The position numbers were made by a program, and so were the translations under genes. Source: Macrostomum lignano (taxonomy: Eukaryota). Taken from it: DNA of 64,000 nt. The DNA lies in NCBI GenBank assembly GCA_002269645.1, contig NIVC01000759.1:310001-374000 (forward strand), written 5' to 3'. Of this stretch, positions 1-13,051 are shown piece after piece. Positions within the stretch are counted from its first letter, which is position 1; each line of letters opens with the position of its first letter. Below the pieces are notes generated by a model. That model saw only the letters and a list, made by a program, of their open reading frames with translations, was not told the DNA's origin and searched no databases.

Positions 1-92
1 ATATGGATAATCACATGAGATATGGATAATCACATGACATATGGATAATCACATGAGATATGGATAATCTCACGTCAGACATAAACAATCAC

Positions 93-256
93 CTGCAACT
101 GAGCCAGCCTGGCCAGGGAGGCAGCGGCGAGGCCGCCGGGCCCCGCCAGACCCTGAGAGTTGGACCAGCGCTCGGCGACCTTCATTGTCTCCAGCGTCTT
201 CTGCTCTGTGCTCTTGCTGTCGTCCAGCAGAGTGGCTTCGTAGAATTCTTGAATCT
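93..256 (-). CDS. dlg1: Discs-large (DLG/SAP97) exon completing the L27 domain
   Basis: Translates (E)IQEFYEATLLDDSK..., matching DLG1 DIQEFYEVTLLD. Acceptor cgcag at 258-257, donor GTGATT at 92. Phase 1 matches the upstream exon (CTT G|AG ATT). Gene continues left of the window. Confidence 0.88.
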
Positions 257-308
257 CTGCGCGGAATGGGAAATCAGGCATTGCGCTTTCACATCATGCA
301 GTGAAGGC

Positions 309-2042
309 CCCTGCCAATACCATTTAGTGAACCCCTGCCAATACCATTCAGTGAACCCCTGCCAATACCGTTCAGTGAATTCCTGCCAATACCATTCAGT
401 GAACCCCTGCCAATACCATTCAGTGAACCCCTGCCAATACCATTCAGTGAACCCCTGCCAATACCATTCAGTGAACCCCTGCCAATACCATTCAGTGAAC
501 TCCTGCCAATACCATTCAGTGAACTCCTGCCAATACCATTCAGTGAACTCCTGCCAATACCATTCAGTGAACCCCTGCCAATACCCTTCAGTGAACCCCT
601 GCCAATACCCTTCAGTGATCCCCTGCTGCCCCTGCCAATACCATTCAGTGAACCCCTGCTGCCCCTGCCAATACCCTTCAGTGAACCCCTGCCAATACCC
701 TTCAGTGATCCCCTGCTGCCCCTGCCAATACCATTCAGTGAACCCCTGCCAATACCATTCAGTAAACCCCTGCCAATACCATTCAGTAAACCCCTGCCAA
801 TACCATTCAGTGAACCCCTGCCAATACCATTCAGTAAACCCCTGCCAATACCATTCAGTGAACCCCTGCCAATACCCTTCAGTGAACCCCTGCCAATACC
901 CTTCAGTGATCCCCTGCTGCCCCTGCCAATACCATTCAGTGAACCCCTGCCAATACCATTCAGTGAACCCCTGCCAATACCATTCAGTAAACCCCTGCCA
1001 ATACCATTCAGTAAACCCCTGCCAATACCATTCAGTGATCCCCTGCTGCCCCTGCCAATACCATTCAGTGATCCCCTGCTGCCCCTGCCAATACCATTTA
1101 GTGATCCCCTGCTGCCCCTGCCAATACCATTCAGTGATCCCCTGCTGCCCCTGCCAATACCATTTAGTGATCCCCTGCTGCCCCTGCCAATACCATTCAG
1201 TGAACCCCTGCCAATACCATTCAGTGAACCCCTGCCAATACCATTTAGTGATCCCCTGCTGCCCCTGCCAATACCATTCAGTGATCCCCTGCCAATACCA
1301 TTCAGTGATCCCCTGCCAATACCATTCAGTGATCCCCTGCAGCCCCTGCCAATACCATTCAGTGATCCCCTGCCAATACCATTCAGTGATCCCCTGCCAA
1401 TACCATTCAGTGATCCCCTGCAGCCGCTGCCAATACCATTCAGTGATCCCCTGCAGCCCCTGCCAATACCCTTCAGTGATCCCCTGCCAATACCATTCAG
1501 TGATCCCCTGCAGCCCCTGCCAATACCATTCAGTGATCCCCTGCAGCCCCTGCCAATACCCTTCAGTGATCCCCTGCAGCCCCTGCCAATACCATTCAGT
1601 GATCCCCTGCAGCCCCTGCCAATACCATTCAGTGATCCCCTGCAGCCCCTGCCAATACCATTCAGTGATCCCCTGCAGCCCCTGCCAATACCATTCAGTG
1701 ATCCCCTGCAGCCCCTGCCAATACCATTCAGTGATCCCCTGCAGCCCCTGCCAATACCATTCAGTGATCCCCTGCAGCCCCTGCCAATACCATTCAGTGA
1801 ACCCCTGCCAATACCATTCAGTGAACCCCTGCCAATACCATTCAGTGAACCCCTGCCAATACCATTCAGTGAACCCCTGCCAATACCATTCAGTGAACCC
1901 CTGCCAATACCATTCAGTGAACTCCTGCAGCCCCTGCCAATACCATTCAGTGATCCCCTGCAGCCCCTGCCAATACCATTCAGTGAACCCCTGCCAATAC
2001 CATTCAGTGAACCCCTGTCAATACCATTCAGTGAACTCCTGC
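309..2042. repeat. 24-bp minisatellite (ccctgccaataccattcagtgaac) with 33-bp variants, inside a dlg intron
   Basis: Tandem units visible directly; lies between the dlg donor at 2111 and acceptor at 257. Confidence 0.95.
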
Positions 2043-2111
2043 TAGCTCCAATCTTTCACCCAAACAGAGCACAAGAACAAAAAGTACTTAAAACGCGATG
2101 AAAGTACAAAC

Positions 2112-2243
2112 CAAGAAGAGCATTGAAGAGCTTGGATTTGAATATTTTGATGACCCGCTCAATTGCACTGCGCAGTTGAATATCAGCAGGGGAGTTGAGC
2201 TGCCTGTGATACTCCTCCAGCAGCTCCAGGGCGCGGGTGGCGT
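2112..2243 (-). CDS. dlg1: Discs-large exon encoding the N-terminal L27 domain
   Basis: (D)ATRALELLEEYHRQLNSPADIQLRSAIERVIKIFKSKLFNALL matches DLG1 DTQRALHLLEEYRSKL...[22 protein letters not shown]. Acceptor ttttccaaccgcag at 2245-2244, donor GTTTGT at 2111. The small start exon was not located. Confidence 0.92.
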
Positions 2244-2457
2244 CTGCGGTTGGAAAAGACAATTAACTTAAGATAATTAATTTTGGGAGATAAAAAGTCA
2301 AAGTAGCAATCAACGCCAAAAGAAAGGCGAGGGAGACAACAAAAGAAAGGTGTAATTTTTCTAATAAACAATTCGGGTCTATGAGAATGTCCCGCCGGAG
2401 GTTTACCCAAAAGCTTTTTCCTGTCGGACTTTCAAGTCAAATCCAATCGGATTTGAA

Positions 2458-4105
2458 ATCTAGTCTAGTCTAGTTCTAATCTAGTCTAACTTTTAAATCT
2501 AGTTAATGTCTAGTCTGGCCTAGCCTAGTCTAATCTAGGCTAGTTCTAATCTAGTCTAGTCTAATCTAGTCTAGTCTAATCTAGTCTAGGCTAGTTCTAA
2601 TCCAGTCTAGTCTTATCTAGTCTAGGCTAGTTCTAATCTAGGCTAGTCTAATCTAGTGTAGGCTAGTTCTAATCTAGTCTAGTCTTATCTAGTCTAGGCT
2701 AGTTCTAATCCAGTCTAGTCTAATCTAGTCTAGGCTAGTTCTAATCTAGTCCAGTCTAATCTAGTCTAGGCTAGTTCTAATCCAGTCTAGTCTAATCTAG
2801 TCTAGGCTAGTTCTAATCTAGTCTAACTTTTAAATCTAGTTAATGTCTAGTCTAGCCTAGCCTAGTCTAATCTAGTCTAGGCTAGTTCTAATCCAGTCTA
2901 GTCTAATCTAGTCTAGGCTAGTTCTAATCTAGTCTAACTTTTAAATCTAGTTAATGTCTAGTCTAGCCTAGCCTAGTCTAATCTAGTCTAGGTTAGTTCT
3001 AATCCAGTCTATTCTAATCTAGTCTAGGCTAGTTCTAATCCAGTCTAGTCTAATCTAGTCTAGGCTAGTCTAATCTAGTCTAGGCTAGTTCTAATCTAGT
3101 CTAGTCTTATCTAGTCTAGGCTAGTTCTAATCTAGTCCAGTCTAATCTAGTGTAGGCTAGTTCTAATCTAGTCCAGTCTAATCTAGTCTAGGCTAGTTCT
3201 AATCCAGTCTAGTCTAATCTAGTCTAGGCTAGTTCTAATCTAGTCTAACTTTTAAATCTAGTTAATGTCTAGTCTAGCCTAGCCTAGTCTAATCTAGTCT
3301 AGGCTAGTTCTAATCCAGTCTATTCTAATCTAGTCTAGGCTAGTTCTAATCCAGTCTAGTCTAATCTAGTCTAGGCTAGTCTAATCTAGTCTAGGCTAGT
3401 TCTAATCTAGTCTAGTCTTATCTAGTCTAGGCTAGTTCTAATCTAGTCCAGTCTAATCTAGTGTAGGCTAGTTCTAATCTAGTCCAGTCTAATCTAGTCT
3501 AGGCTAGTTCTAATCCAGTCTAGTCTAATCTAGTCTAGGCTAGTTCTAATCTAGTCTAACTTTTAAATCTAGTTAATGTCTAGTCTAGCCTAGCCTAGTC
3601 TAATCTAGTCTAGGCTAGTTCTAATCCAGTCTATTCTAATCTAGTCTAGGCTAGTTCTAATCTAGTCCAGTCTAATCTAGTGTAGGCTAGTTCTAATCTA
3701 GGCTAGTCTAATCTAGTCTAGGCTAGTTCTAATCTAGTCCAGTCTAATCTAGTCTAGGCTAGTTCTAATCTAGTCCAGTCTAATCTAGTGTAGGCTAGTT
3801 CTAATCTAGTCCAGTCTAATCTAGTCTAGGCTAGTTCTAATCCAGTCTAGTCTAATCTAGTCTAGGCTAGTTCTAATCTAGTCTAACTTTTAAATCTAGT
3901 TAATGTCTAGTCTAGCCTAGCCTAGTCTAATCTAGTCTAGGCTAGTTCTAATCCAGTCTATTCTAATCTAGTCTAGGCTAGTTCTAATCTAGTCCAGTCT
4001 AATCTAGTGTAGGCTAGTTCTAATCTAGGCTAGTCTAATCTAGTCTAGGCTAGTTCTAATCTAGTCCAGTCTAATCTAGTCTAGGCTAGTTCTAATCTAG
4101 TCTAG
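2458..4105. repeat. TCTAG-based satellite with higher-order blocks
   Basis: ctagt/ctaat/ctagg pentamer variants; the landmark ctaacttttaaatctagttaatgt recurs several times. Confidence 0.95.
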
Positions 4106-4144
4106 CATTGCCTATAGACTGTATTTTACTTGAAATTCCAACTG

Positions 4145-4290
4145 GAAACCCTGCCAGAAAACCTTGGCAGGAAAACCTTGGCAGGAAAACCTTGGCGGGA
4201 AAACCTTGGCAGGAAAACCTTGGCAGGAAAACCTTGGCAGGAAAACCTCGGCGGGAAAACCACAGTGGGAAAACTTCCTGAGGGAAAACC
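4145..4290. repeat. 14-bp tandem repeat (gaaaaccttggcag)
   Basis: Direct inspection; explains the overlapping short ORFs here. Confidence 0.9.
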
Positions 4291-6887
4291 TTGTGCTCCC
4301 AAACAATACAATGTATAAAGCATTACAGTTAGTATTGACAATTTTTTGAAGAAGAATGTTCAATGCAAATAGCATCAGTCCTGAAAGCCAACTATCTAGC
4401 CTAAGATATTAGCATCCGCTTTAAGTCTTAAATGTACCCCATCTTCGATTGAGCATTGGCATCTCATTGATTCCCCCTTGAGCATTGGCATCTCAGCAAT
4501 CTCTATTTTAATTTAGAAATCTTGTTTAGTACTAAACTTTGGAAAGAAATATTTAGAAAGTAATATTAGTATATTTTATCCTTAATTTGTTACAATTCAA
4601 TCACAAAAAATAATCTATATTACCTTTGAATGTTCGAATAAAAATTCAAACAAATGCATAGCTTCCAGAATTTTACCTGGCTAGTGTAGCCTAATTTTTC
4701 ACAAAAATGTGATATGCCTACCAAGAGCCTTTTGCAGCATATCTTTGATTTGCATGCACTGTAATTTAAATTTATCTCTCTTTTGCTTAAACTCTTAAAT
4801 GTTTTATCCATCTTTAGACTTTTTTCTAACTACAAAAACGTTTTTTATTTTATTCTATTTTCTATTTTTCTTTTGTTAAAAGCACTTTATTTTGTAATTT
4901 TTTTAATTTAGACATTTAAAAACCTCTTGGCTAAAATTTAAAATATAGAAATAGCAAACAATACTATTTGGCAAATCTAAAAATGTGTGGATAAATTTGA
5001 ATAAGGTATATTGATTTATCTTGATAATTTTTTTTGAAAATTATTTTAAGCATACTTTAGCATACTTCTTAAAATCGCATTTTAAGAGCATTTCTAGATC
5101 ATATAATAATGCATAATATTTTTATAGAATAAAAATCTTATATTAGCTGAATATATACCAAATATAGAATATATATACTAAAAATAGAAAAAGCGTCAAC
5201 TTGACATTTCTTTTGAAAAAATAATTACCAAAATATACAATAAAGATAATTAGAAGATTTATTTAACTACAAAAGTAAAAATCTTTAAATACAAATTGTA
5301 ATATTAAATAAGATTAGTAGTGATACTTTATCATTTTTATATAAAATATTAATATAAAAATCATAAAATTTATATAAAAGCCAAAATTCAAATGAAAGCT
5401 TTTTGAATGCCAATTTTTTTAAAACAAAAAGCTAGTCTAATTTGGTATATCAAAATATATATATTCTAACATTTGTATATAATAAGTAATAACAAACCAT
5501 ATTATTTAGTAATAATTATAATCCATGAAAGATTAAAAAAACAAGATCTAATTACCTTAAAAGGTAAATTTTTGAAAAAAAAATTCTTATCATTTTGGAC
5601 ACTTAAAGTGTCTAATAAAAATTCAAAAAAGGAACATTGGATGCACTTTTATATACTTACAGTTCAAAAAGTTCTACATATTAGGTGTCACCAAATTTGT
5701 CAATATCTTATCTTTACCTTAATTTCATCTTCATCATAGTTTACCTTACCATGCATTATTGACAAATTTAGTTACTAGACAATACACTGTTGATTAGTTT
5801 TTATTTTTTACTATACACTAAAAATTGAAAGACAAAGCCTACTGAGAAGATACATGTAAGATAACAAAGGTGAATGGTTTTAGTTGATATTTATTTTTAC
5901 AAGCTATTAAAAGCTAGAGATTTTAAACCTGCTGATTTTTTATACATTTTTAAATCTAAAGTCATACTCAAACAAAACCAAGTGTTAATGGTTAGGGGAT
6001 AAACAAAACTAAGATTAAATTTGCATTAAAGTGATCTGCTTCATTTGAGATTAGATGCAATAAAGCTTAATATTTGTAAAGCATATGCAGCATACAAACT
6101 ATTATACCTGATACCCCAATAGCTCTTGATATACTTTTGTATCTAGATATTCAACTATGTACAATGTGGTATTATTGTATATACTAGCATTGTAGCATTT
6201 TATATAATTAGTTATAAATATTTATATATTGCATTATGGATGGAACAACTTTAGATAAGTCTGTCTTGTTGTTGACAAATTTGCTTAGCTTATTTTAACT
6301 GCTAACAAATTTAATTTCTTCCAATTTTCTAAATTTTAGGCCTGCTGACAAATTAGATGTCAGATGAATTTGGATGAATTTGGTATAAGCCATTTATATT
6401 TGTAAAAAGGTTTTAGGAAAATCTAATCTAAGTCTAGCAAGGTACCCTATTGGAATAAGTTTCAAAAACCCGCAGACGCGCGACACGGGTGCCAAAATTG
6501 TGCCCTTAAAAGTGCAACGCGACACCAAATTTTGTTGACTGGGGGGCAGCGACACGCGACACAACACCGATGTCTGTTGACCGAATGACCGGGGAGGGGG
6601 GGGGGGGAAGGACGCCACAGCAGCCACGTTGCAATTGACAATTCTCATTCTGCCGTTCACTCCCGACACCCCGACACCAAGACCATGGAGCGAGGGACGA
6701 GAGTATTTCTTTTAATTTCGCAGAAAAAGAAATGAAATTTAAAAACAATAAACAGTAAAACAACAAAGGTACAACAGTTAGAAAAACAGCGCATGCATTG
6801 TAACAACAAGTAACATTTCTAAAAATTATATTTGAAGTATTAGTTATTTTACTGTCAAAATAAAAAAGAACAATTCAAGAATTAGTT

Positions 6888-7736
6888 TGTAGGGCGTAGG
6901 CCATGCGCTGCACTCTCTGCCCCACATTATTATTCATGACTCATTCTCTCGCCTAAACTTGTTTACCAATTCTCGACCAATCGCGCATCGCTGCACCCCA
7001 CCCCACAATATTGACTAATATATTGAGTAAACAGAGCCATACAGAGGCCACCTTTTCGGCACGCAAACCCAGACTTCACATTGGCATCGCAAGCAGTCAG
7101 AATGTCTGTGCCTCTGCAGCTACCCCCGCCTGAGCAGTTTAACGAACAGGCAGAACAACACAATCTCTCAGCAAAGTGGGAGGAGTGGTCCGGCCGTTTC
7201 AAAAGGTTTGTCACAGCCAGTGGCATCACAAGTGCCGACCAGCAGCGCGAAATTCTTCTCTACGTAGGCGGCAAGCAGCTGGCGGACACATTCAAAGAGC
7301 TGAATAGAACTGGAAAGTCTCTTGACGATCTGATTGAGGCATTCAGGACTCACTACAGCGACAGGCACAACCCTGTGTTTGTCAGGTATGAATTCCGGCA
7401 CTGCACGCAGCAAACTGGCGAGTCACTGGACGCCTGGACACAGCGCCTCTACGCAGCCGCCGAATGCTTGCTTGTTTTAATGTAGTGAGATTTGACTTAA
7501 TTTTGTTTTTATCTCCCTGAATTTTTATTCACCTGGGGAAGGATGTAGGGCGTAGGCCGTGCGCTGCACTCTCTGCCCCACATTATTATTCATGACTCAT
7601 TCTCTCGCCTAAACTTGTTTACCAATTCTCGACCAATCGCGCATCGCTGCACCCCACCCCACAATATTGACTAATATATTGAGTAAACAGAGCCATACAG
7701 AGGCCACCTTTTCGGCACGCAAACCCAGACTTCACA
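6888..7736 (+). mobile_element. Internally deleted Ty3/Gypsy-type LTR element (TRIM-like) nested in the MITE
   Basis: 193-bp TG...CA LTRs at 6888-7080 and 7544-7736, near-identical; 5-bp TSD tagtt; PBS-like TGGCATCG after the 5' LTR; polypurine tract ggggaagga before the 3' LTR. Confidence 0.92.
7102..7485 (+). pseudogene. Truncated Gypsy-like gag N-terminus
   Basis: WEEWSGRFKRFVTASGI...LLYVGG...RYEFRHCTQQTGESLDAWTQRL is typical retrotransposon Gag; truncated by the internal deletion. Confidence 0.75.
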
Positions 7737-8661
7737 TAGTTTTTATCAAACATGTTTGAAACATTTAAATACCGAGAAACAACCGTGAACATATTATTAC
7801 AATGAAACACAGTTTGCGAGGTTTTGGCTGCAGATCTAGGCTGCAACGCGACACATGACGACACCAGCCACCAAGTTGCCACACTTTCGTGTCTCGTTGT
7901 ATCGTGTCGCGCGACACAATGCATGATGACACCAAGTTTCCACAGTGTCGCGCGACGCGACACACCACTTGACACCACTGTCGCGCGACGCGACACCAGG
8001 AGAATCCAAAAATGCGACGGACGGTCATCTGCATTTTGTCAACTTATTCCAATAGGGGCAAGGTAGATTTTGTACTTAACCAATTTCTATGCTATTTCAT
8101 TTTTAGCTCTTTTATCTAAATAAAAATATTTTGCACAGATAGAATAGACAAAACCTTTGCAATAATATCTAAAAAACAAAGTCTATCCAGATCTAAAAAT
8201 AAAAGTATTTGAGATTCAGGATAATAATTGCTATAGACAAAGTTTCCTAAATCTTTTTAGACATTCTTATTCAATATTTTAAAAGTTGTTCCTTAATTGA
8301 AGATAACAAAGCAAACCTGCAAAAAAATAAAAAGAAATAAAGAGTAAAGAAAAGTCTTTGGACTATATAGAAAAAAAAACAAATAGCAAGTTCAGACAAA
8401 TAAAAATCATTTAATAAAAAAAATTTTTTAAATCTTATTACATAGATACAAGCCCTTATTTACTGTTATAAAATCATTATCTCTTTCTTTATCTCTTTCT
8501 TTCTTGGCAAAAAAGACTAGGCCTAGACTAGCCATAATATCCATTACTAAAATTAAAGGAAATGCGTATCCCCACGGTCCCATGCCGATAATTCCAATTT
8601 TATCCACATGGATCCATGTCAATAATTTCCAGCTTATCCCCACAATAGCTTATTGAAATAA

Positions 8662-9182
8662 CTGCCACCATTTAAGTTTATAAGCCATGTCAATAATTCC
8701 AATTTTATCTATATGTATCTATGTTGATAATTTCCAGCTATCCTCACAGTAGCTTATTGGAATAAAGAGCCTTAAAATGAATCTGTTCAAATACCATCTT
8801 TTTGTTTTCACTGTTTTACAAATCTTCCAAATAAACTAAATATATTGAATACTGAATAGTATCGAGTACTTTGTTAAAATTTTCATTATTAAAGGGTTAA
8901 TTTTAAATATTTGCTTAGCTGCCAGCTTTACTTAGAATGACGAAACGACCCAAAAATTGAGGCAAATGAGACTTGCAAAATTCAACTTTTAGTAGGCCTA
9001 TATAATAATAATGTTAATATTACTAATAATAATGACAATATCAATTTAATGTCAATACACAAAAAAACACAAACAACTGCACAATCTTAGCTGTGGGGAT
9101 AAGCTGAAAATTATTGACATGGATCCATGTGGATAAAATTGAAATTATTGACATGGCCTATATAGACTTAAATAGTGGCAGC
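8662..9182. repeat. Decayed inverted repeat pair (about 95-bp arms), probable MITE relic
   Basis: 8662-8756 is an imperfect reverse complement of 9089-9182; a related copy of the arm sits at about 8581-8648. Confidence 0.6.
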
Positions 9183-12100
9183 CTTTAAAAGTCTTTAAAC
9201 TGTGGAGGCCTTAAAAGCAGCATTACACAGTGTATTAATGGAGCAATGGTTTACCTAGTATAGGAAGTTGCTGAAGTAACTTATAATAGTCTCTCATAAT
9301 AGTCAGCTCTAGAGGTGGGACTTAAAAAGCCAAAAAGGTCATCACTAGTACTATTTATAACTTTAGATGTAAAATTTATTAGTCGACTTAAACTTTAAGC
9401 ATAAAGCTATACTTTTACTAATGTATACTTTAGTAAACACATTTTGGTTCGTTTTGTTTAAAATTCAGTGTCAAAGCCAAAACCAAAGATAAATACAGAA
9501 ATGTAAAGCAACCAAAATTCTAGCTTATACCAATGGAACTAAAATAGTTGGGGTAAAAATGTGCTTGTTCTTAATGATATAACTATAACAAGGTAGCTCA
9601 CCTTGTTTTTTTAATAGGCATCACGTCCTCTTGCTTCACATTATTTCGATGTGTAATGAATTACGAATAAACTATGAAAAATGCATGCAAAAAGTCAGGA
9701 AAGTTAGGAACTGAAGCTACACATCTATAGACGTGCTAACTGTACATTTATTTACTTAGTCTTTATTTGGTCTATTCTTTTTACTGGTATCTCACGTGCT
9801 GTCGTGTTTATTTTATAAGCTAACAGTTAATATTAAATTTGATCTGCTACTTTGGTTTTTTAAATTAATGCCTTTCTAAGAAATCAATTTTGAGTCAACT
9901 GGAGAACCTTATTGAAGCTAGCCTATTTAACTTATTTGAAACGTAACAATTAGGTGTTTAATACTTCCAGTTATTGCAGAAACGATAAAATATGGACATC
10001 TAAATTTAAAATTTGTTTAAAAATATACGTAAGCGTTACAAGTTCTATTGTTCTTAAACTGCATTTGCTCGGCCTAACAAACTCACTAACTAAGACAAAA
10101 TAAATATTTCTGTTGTCTATCTATAGAAAAGTTGAAGGTAGACCTATTTGATATCATATAAATAGAATATTATAGTGCAATAATTTTTGACTTCTACTTT
10201 CTAGATTTGCCTAGATTTGGCCTAGTATAGTTTGTGTCTAATTTAATTGTGGCAAAAGATTAGGCTAGTTAACTTGTATTGGCTTTCTTGATTAGACTTT
10301 TATTTGCTATCTTGTCAATTTTTCTGCTGCCAATTCATCTGCTATCATTTTTTCTGTGAAATAGCTCGATGAGCATTTTGTCTGCTGTGCTGCATTTTCT
10401 TTCATCTGATCTTAATGTACAGTTAGGCCTATAAGAGTAAAACAGCTTAACAACTTTTTCTAATTGCATTGGCAATTAAGTCTAGGGTTTATGATTATGT
10501 TTTAATTGCCAATTGGTACAGTGCCACACCCTTGCTTTTCCATTTGGGGTTATTACCCCAGCATTACAGATAAAAGGGGCTATTGTCTAGATTATTCTAG
10601 GCCTAAGTGCAATTGCGACAATAAATTACCTTTTCTATTGTCAAAAGATACTTATGCCAATAAAAGAAGATAGGCCCTATCAAAAAATGGTTCTTAGCCT
10701 AGTGGCCACCCATAGGCCCTACCTACCCATACTCTCAAATATGTTGCACAATACCCTGGAAAAAATGACACCCTATGCCATAGATTCAAGTTTATGGTAG
10801 AAAAAATAAAGCATATAATATATGTACAGAACAAAATTGCAATGTTATGCCAAATTTAAACTTAAATTTAGGTCTATTTTTAATTTTTTAAAGCTCTTTT
10901 TAGACAGGAATCTTTAAGGGAATATATAATAATTGTTGTCTAATGTTTTTTGTTTTTTTGTTTTATCATTTTTTATTAAAAATGTATTTTAAAAAGAATC
11001 TTAGTATACCATTATTAGCATTTTGGCTACAAAATATGCTAGCCCAATAGCACAAATGGCTTGGCTATTGTGTTACATTAGATATTATATGCCAAGCATA
11101 TTTTTAGCTCCATTGTATGCTAGAATTTTCTGGTATATATTTAAAGCCTTTTGGCACACAAAAGCCTAAATTTAGGTATACAGCATGTACTATATAGCAT
11201 TTATATACTTATACTTAACCTAGAAGAGGCTGCCCTAAGTCACTATTATTTGTACAAGCATAAAAAATCACATTTGAATTATGAAAATTTTAGTATTTTT
11301 AAAAAAAATGAATAGGAAAGTTTATGTAGTGTTAAGTCATGAGTATATAGTTAAATTATTTTTTTTAAATACATTATAAATTCATTAAAGATAACTAACA
11401 GCTGTACCAAAAAAAGCTTCATAAAATTGTTTTCTATGTAAATTTTTATATTAATGATAGAGTAAGCTAGGGACTTGGAGATTTAAGACTAGTCTTTAGC
11501 CTAGAAGTGCATTTTTCCTAGTATACCTAGTATACAAATGAAAGTAAATCTTATACCTTGCGATTAGGCTTTAGTCTTGGATATAATTTTGTTCCTTAGT
11601 ACTAGTGAAAAACCTAGGTGGCACAGTATATGCCAAAATAATATTTGTCATATATGTGGTATTTCTATACATTGTTTCAATACCTTAACTTATAGAAACT
11701 ATATAAAATGTATATAGAAATAAATAAAAATGCAAGTTAGCTAGATAAATTATTGTTTTAAAACATTCTATAAAAGGTTATATATAGGGCCTACCCTATG
11801 CATTAAACCACTAGGTACCTTTTATATAAAAATTGTCAATAGAAAAAGATACTTTTTTGAATATAGCTCAAAGCTGCAGTCTATTAAGTTACAATAAATA
11901 TAGTCTAGCTAGTTAAAAAAAGCCCATGAAAATAGATGGCTTTCTTATTTTGCTATTAAAATATAATATTTATCAATTAATACCCATTAGGTCTAGACTA
12001 AACTAGTCACTTTAAATACAAATCAGCAAATTTATATAAGGGTGCCATTAAACCATGAGTAAATGGTGATCATGATAAAAAACTATTGCCATTAGATTTA

Positions 12101-13051
12101 ATGTCATTCAAAGTTACAGGAAGTTATAGGAAATTAATTAGTTATTGATATACAAATGAATATGGATAGGCTATTAGAAAAAAACATAACTATGAGATGG
12201 GTGGCATAGCTTAAAAAACAATTTCTTTAGATCCCATTATTTAGCTAAATGCTTTTAATCAAATTATACCAATCACTAATCAGTAGTCCTTTATAATAAT
12301 AGTTCTTAGCTAATAAAATGGGCCTTTTAAATTTGATTAACAACTTGGCCCTATTCTTCCACTTCCAAGCAATTCTTTTGGCTAAAAACTTGCAAGTAAA
12401 CAACTTTGATTGACCTTTAAAAGCTAATATCCAAATTTTTTAATCTTAGGGAGGACAAAACCCAAGATCCAAATTTTAATATATGTATCAATTTGTAGAA
12501 AAAACCCAGTTGTTAATATAGTCTTCCTAGTGTCCCTATTTAATAAGTTTTACATCAGAAAAATAGAAAATATAATTTTATCCCTCTATCTAATAGTAAT
12601 ACTAATAGCATAGTAGTTTTAACTCTCCTTTGTCATTTGACCTCTCTCCCCACGGCTCTCTCATTGGCTAAGCCCCCTAGGCTGAGTTTTGTCTTTGGCA
12701 TTAACTTGTGTACATTGAGTTGAATTATTGCTGTTCATTCTTAACCCCATAGGCCATATGCTCTTGAGGCCGCAAATTCTTAAGAAGAAAAGTACAAGTA
12801 AATTTTAGCTGCCACATTAAATTAAGGTGACACAGTGCAGACAAACTACTGAAAAAGAATCGATGTTTTAATTTGTCACAATATTAATTGCAAGTGACAT
12901 CTTGTTGTTCTGGTATCTGTGGTCAGCTGCACTGTCTCGCCAATTATTTTGAATGGCATCTGTTTAAATTCTCGACTGCCTACTAACAGTAGGCAAATAA
13001 ATTATTCTTTAATTTAGTCATTGTCTATTGCAAACCCCGCAGCAGCCGCCA

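Larger units (their letters stand above)
6445..8057. mobile_element. Non-autonomous DNA transposon (MITE) with 17-bp TIRs and 8-bp TSD
   Basis: TIR ccctattggaataagtt at 6445 and aacttattccaataggg ending at 8057; TSD gcaaggta at 6437-6444 and 8058-8065. Confidence 0.9.

Noticed and set aside
60-2045. 661-aa Cys/His-rich ORF (NPCQYHSV repeats)
   Set aside because: It is the stop-free frame of a 24/33-bp minisatellite inside a dlg intron and overlaps a dlg exon in antisense; no independent coding evidence.
4112-4375. Four overlapping ORFs on both strands
   Set aside because: Produced by the 14-bp tandem repeat.
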